From Setoptus koraiensis (Eukaryota > Animalia > Arthropoda), in assembly GCA_048013815.1 (NCBI GenBank), contig CM106585.1:20708001-20772000 (forward strand): a DNA stretch of 64,000 bases. Reading direction: 5' to 3'. A program made the translations under genes and the position numbers. This document shows, one piece after another, positions 59,401 through 64,000 of the stretch (positions are counted from its first letter, which is position 1; each line of letters begins with the position of its first letter). The notes under the pieces were generated by a model, which saw nothing but the letters and a program-made list of their open reading frames with translations, had not been told where the DNA came from and did not search any database.

Positions 59401-62400
59401 TTTGTCGTTGCTTGTACGTCTGTGATTGTCGCCATAAATGTGGTTTGCGTCGCGCTAATGTGTCCGGTGGCTGTGACTGCCAAGAGGCTCGCCCCGTCGG
59501 CGATATGTCCGTCGGTGATACTCGGAAATCCCTGCAAATGTGGCGCCCATCTGTCTCACTGGCTCACTCGCTTTTTGCAGCCAACAACCGTGCACCGGTT
59601 TCAGTGTCAGTATTGGGCGAACATTGATGCCCACCAATCGCACGCCAAATTGGGGCCCCAATAATAGTCATCTGAAAACGCTAATAGTCATTCGAAGGTG
59701 ACAGGTGGTGACAATCTCGTCCCTGTTCTTTTTCCTTGTCTCACTCACCTGGCGAGCTAGTGATTGATACAGTTGCCGGCGTTGATTAACGATGGCGCTG
59801 TTCCCGGCAAATGAGAGCATTGGTTGCTTATGTGTGTCGGGCTAGCCATCGACCGCTTAATTTACAATGAATTTTCTGTAACTCAACACAACAGCGGCAC
59901 CAGTGACATTTGGCTCTGTGCTGTTGGCCCAATCTATTTCATTAGTTAATTGGCAGCAGCAGCAGCGGTCGAGCAGTGGTCGAGCCTGACCGAAGCAGTC
60001 TGACAGCGCAAATGTAAACGACAGCGGCATAAAAGCGGCCCGCTGGTGAATAGCGCTGGCCCCATTGCATACAGCTCAGCGTGAGGCCGGCGAGTCGGGC
60101 AGCCGGACAGCGGGACAGCGGGACAGCGGGATTAATATCGTGTCCGGCCACAATGGTAATCACTCAGTCAAACTGTCACTAATGTGTCAGTTTCTTGCGT
60201 GCGACACAATGATTAGAGCCGCATTTGTGCCATTCGCCATTCGTATTCACAAACCATTTGTAGCAAGAGGCCGGAAAGGGTCGCTAGGTCGGCTCGGCCC
60301 GGCAGCGAATTGGAGTGCTTTCGAGCATGACTGTGCTTGTATCATTTGTTTCGACGTCCACAATGTTTGCCCATTCGAATGGCCTCTAGCAGCTGATGCC
60401 CAGTTAAGTCCTAAATAATAATGTTTACATTTCGTGCTGTCCTTAACGCTTGCCCAAGATGCTGCGGGCATATTTTTTTGCTTCGGCCAAATGCACTTGT
60501 TTGCCATGGCTGGCAGCGAAAAATTATCAAGATTTCTACGTAAAATGTTCCCCCGTGGCTTGATTGTGACGACATATGGACCATGGGCTACGCTGCAAAA
60601 AGTATGATACACGAAGATGCGGCATATGATGGATTTTGTGAAAATAGTCAGTCAGCAGTCAGTCAGTCAGTCAGTTATTGGAACAGGCCAACCGGAAACC
60701 CCAAGCCGAAGCTCTATACACCTTTTCAGTTCAGTCATGCTAATGCATCTTAATCAGGCGAAAAAACACCAGATATACACCATTGTGTTGGCAGTGAATT
60801 CAGTGTTTTCAGCAACAAAATGAATGAAATTCTGAGTGAAATTCTGTGAGTCTGACTACTGGAGAAGATGCAAATTTTTGCATGTCGAGGCTTGTTTGTT
60901 TGCATATGTATTGAGCGAAATGTGGACACTCATTACATACAAATGGCCCACACTAATGCCCCTGACCGAGACCACAATTTATAACAATGCTCAATGATGG
61001 TCTCGCCATAAAATGCAGCCATGGGTGACCTCTGGCTGCTATAGTCAGCTATTTTGCGTCAGTTAATTTAAAGCGTGTTAGCAGCGCTCGCGTGTTTGCT
61101 CGTTTTTATTTCGTTCCGTTTCACTTGGCCTCGTTATATCAATTTAAATCATCTGTTTTATGTGTCACACCATAAATGCCCGAAGAGCTTGCATCATCGT
61201 TTAAAATTTCCATCGCTACTGGTGCGACTGCATCCTTGCTCACAACGTTGCGCATCTCATAAAACAATGCCCAGCTCATATCATCTTTTTTTTCTCCGTT
61301 TATGTTACATCATTAGCATTATTAGTAGCAATATTAATTTTGTCGTTTTGGTCCCCGACTGAGCCTACATATTCCATTATAAACATGTACATATACACTC
61401 CATGTATGTGTGTGTGCGAAAATTCATTTCGAAAAATATCCATTCATGAATATTCGCGCATTCTGTCAGTATTTTTTTTTCTAAACAGTTACGAATATTA
61501 GATGACATATTTTAATGGATAGCAACCACACTCTCAGTGGGCAAGATACCAACTTTGCTTCGCTGCTCGCCCTGACCCTGGTACACGCAAATCCGATGGA
61601 AGAATGCCAGCGAACACCAGCACACACGAACTAGATACAGCAACAAGTGACAAGTCCAATAAGAATAACTTCAAATTATTTTCTCCGGCTATTGATAGCT
61701 CTATACAATTTGCTCAGATTTGCATGCTTAGATTGAAATCGGAGCAAATTCTACACAAGATCAGCTCACTACAAATTTGTCTCATCTCAACTGATGATGA
61801 TGATGATCTGATTAGTTTTCATTTACTGTTATTAAGCGTAGGTTGGAGATGATATTTACCGTTTTTTTTGCAGCTGACATTTATCTTACAAAGCATGAGT
61901 ACAATTGTTGCGCTTGCATCTTTCTGGTCTTTTACAAATGAGACTGGAAAAAGAAGACTAGACTTGGAAAACTCATAACAAAGTACTAATTCGGTGCAAT
62001 AGAAAAGATATTGTCACCAACGATTGTCATTGGACTTTCAAACAGGAAATATAAATCGGCGTTTGAATTGTTTATCAGTTTTTCAGATCCTGCCATCGCT
62101 CGCAAACATCATCTAAGTCTATACACATGGGCCTACAGGGCCATAGATGTTTCTTCACTCTTATAGGTTGTTATGAACAAATTCAAGATAGCTATCTGGA
62201 GAAATATTCTCATGAAAAAAGGTATATTCAACCAAGCATGCAATATTTCTTTTTCTAACATTTAATCAAACCAATAAAAACATTTAGCACCTCTATTGGA
62301 ATTACTTTTTTTTTCTCATTCAGACCACATGATTGTAATTGAATGATTTCAATCACGATTTGAATCAGATAATTTCGAAATCACCCAACTGTTGGTTCTA

Positions 62401-64000
62401 GCATGACCCTTTTGACCAATGGATACTTATGAACCGTGAAATGAAATATTTATTCGCCATATACTGATTGAGATGCAAGATTGGCAATCTCACATTACAA
62501 TAATAAACAGCATCGTAGTTTGCAAAATAATCTTGGCTCATGGTACCATATTGTGGTCTGACGCTTGGGAGGCGCTGACAAAATCGAAGATCACAGTAAA
62601 TTTACAAAATTGTCTCTTGGTTCTTCCTGATTTCAAATATAGTGTTTCACTGTTGTTCCTGAAACTGGAAATACAGATTTCTGATCCTGCTATGGAGCTT
62701 GAAAATGAGTTCGATACCAAAAAGTGAGGATGATTGAAGCTCAAGAGACGTTCTCTTTTCGTTTTAGTTTTGCGAATGTTGCGACAGCATGTCTAGTGTG
62801 ATAGAAAAAGTTTAGCATGATAGGCGAGGCAAGGAAGGCAGCAACACTGCTTAGTGGTGCTGCTATCATTATATTATTCGGGAGCGATTCATCTCAAGAG
62901 AAGTGCATCCGAATGAGAAATTGTGTTTATGCTTTATTCTTTTGCGTCTTAATAAGCCAAACAGGAACTGTATTCATTAGGGTGACAAAGCGGATAAACA
63001 AAGAATATTTATTATTATTGAAAGTTGTTATGTTAATATTGCAAGGACGACGAAAAAAAGGGTAACTTGAGAATGTTGATTGCATATTCATGCAGGCATA
63101 ATCATGAGGCATTCGTTTCGAGTTTTCATTGAAAACTTTAAATGCACGCTGTGCGCGGCTACTGGCCGTTGTTTGCCTCTTGTGCTCAATAATAATAACA
63201 ATAATTATTATTATTATTATGCAAATTATATCAGCTGGCTTGCGAGGGGGCCCCACGAGCAGCCGTGATCACGATAAGCCCGTCAAAGGCTGTGCACCTT
63301 TGAATACTCAATTTCGCAACACGAGTTGTGAGTGAGATTGCGCAACGCGTGTTGGAAAATTGAGAATTTCCGTTTTGAGGCCGGTGGCAAGTCGCACTAG
63401 TAACGCACTTGCTCTTCTGTCTGATGCCTGCGTCTATTGTTTACATGGTCGATGATGATGATGATGATGATTATGATGATGATAAACAATAGAGCGTGGG
63501 GCCTCTATTAAAAAATGCATTATGCCAGCCAACAGCTTACGTGAACAATCATCAATTAGGCAGTCAGCGCCTCCTAGTGATCAGTGTTAGCGACAGTTCA
63601 CAATTTGTGCCTGGATGAACACAACTGTCACGAACACACCGTTGACATATAGAGGCCTGGCGACTTTGCGACATAGCGACACGGGCACCGTTGCCTCATC
63701 AAACAAGGGGACGAGGCAAACGAGGGGATTGGCAACGCGCGGATTGGTGGAATTGGCATACGCGCGCATATTCACGAAGCATTGGCAAGCTAGCTACCAA
63801 GTTTTCAGAGGGGGACTTGCATGAGTGAGCCACTCACAAAGACAACACACACACAAATTATGAATTGAGCTAACCAACCCGGGCTAACCGGCAGCTAGAG
63901 TTAACGGGAGCCGCGCGGGGCCGGTCTAGCGGCCGGGTCGGGTTGTTGGCAAGCTAGTGCGCATGACGGGCGCGCAATAAAATGAACCGCCGGTGGCGGT

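Overview
This is eukaryotic DNA from a very compact, intron-poor arthropod genome. Beat and arthropod-type Ly6 genes, multi-kb single-exon CDSs and 100-150 nt introns suggest a mite, possibly an eriophyoid (inference). No prokaryotic operon, CRISPR array, rRNA, tRNA or intact transposase is visible. Gene order: 3' part of an ABCB/P-glycoprotein; atypical insulin-like peptide; TELO2; MetAP2; ClC-3/4/5-type Cl-/H+ exchanger; RAB3GAP2; NMNAT; RPL18; GPI-anchored Ly6 protein; IFT172; a Beat-family two-Ig protein with a long repeat-rich upstream region; ROMO1; a shrunken INTS1; MED31; GatC; an orphan ORF; FBXL2/20; SIX4/5; then mostly non-coding DNA with a degraded multi-TM ORF patch. Spliced models were rebuilt by hand from GT..AG sites and frame continuity, because the supplied ORF track ignores introns and uses TTG/GTG starts. 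The most notable observations are a ClC lacking both CBS domains with a GC-rich neo-tail, a 630-aa mini-INTS1 whose stop overlaps ROMO1, an insulin-like precursor with a ~160-aa Gln-rich pro-region and a shortened A chain, a MetAP2 apparently lacking its N-terminal domain, two near-perfect hairpins at 41.5-42 kb, and a candidate intronic H/ACA RNA in RPL18. All family assignments come from remembered motifs; no database search was run.
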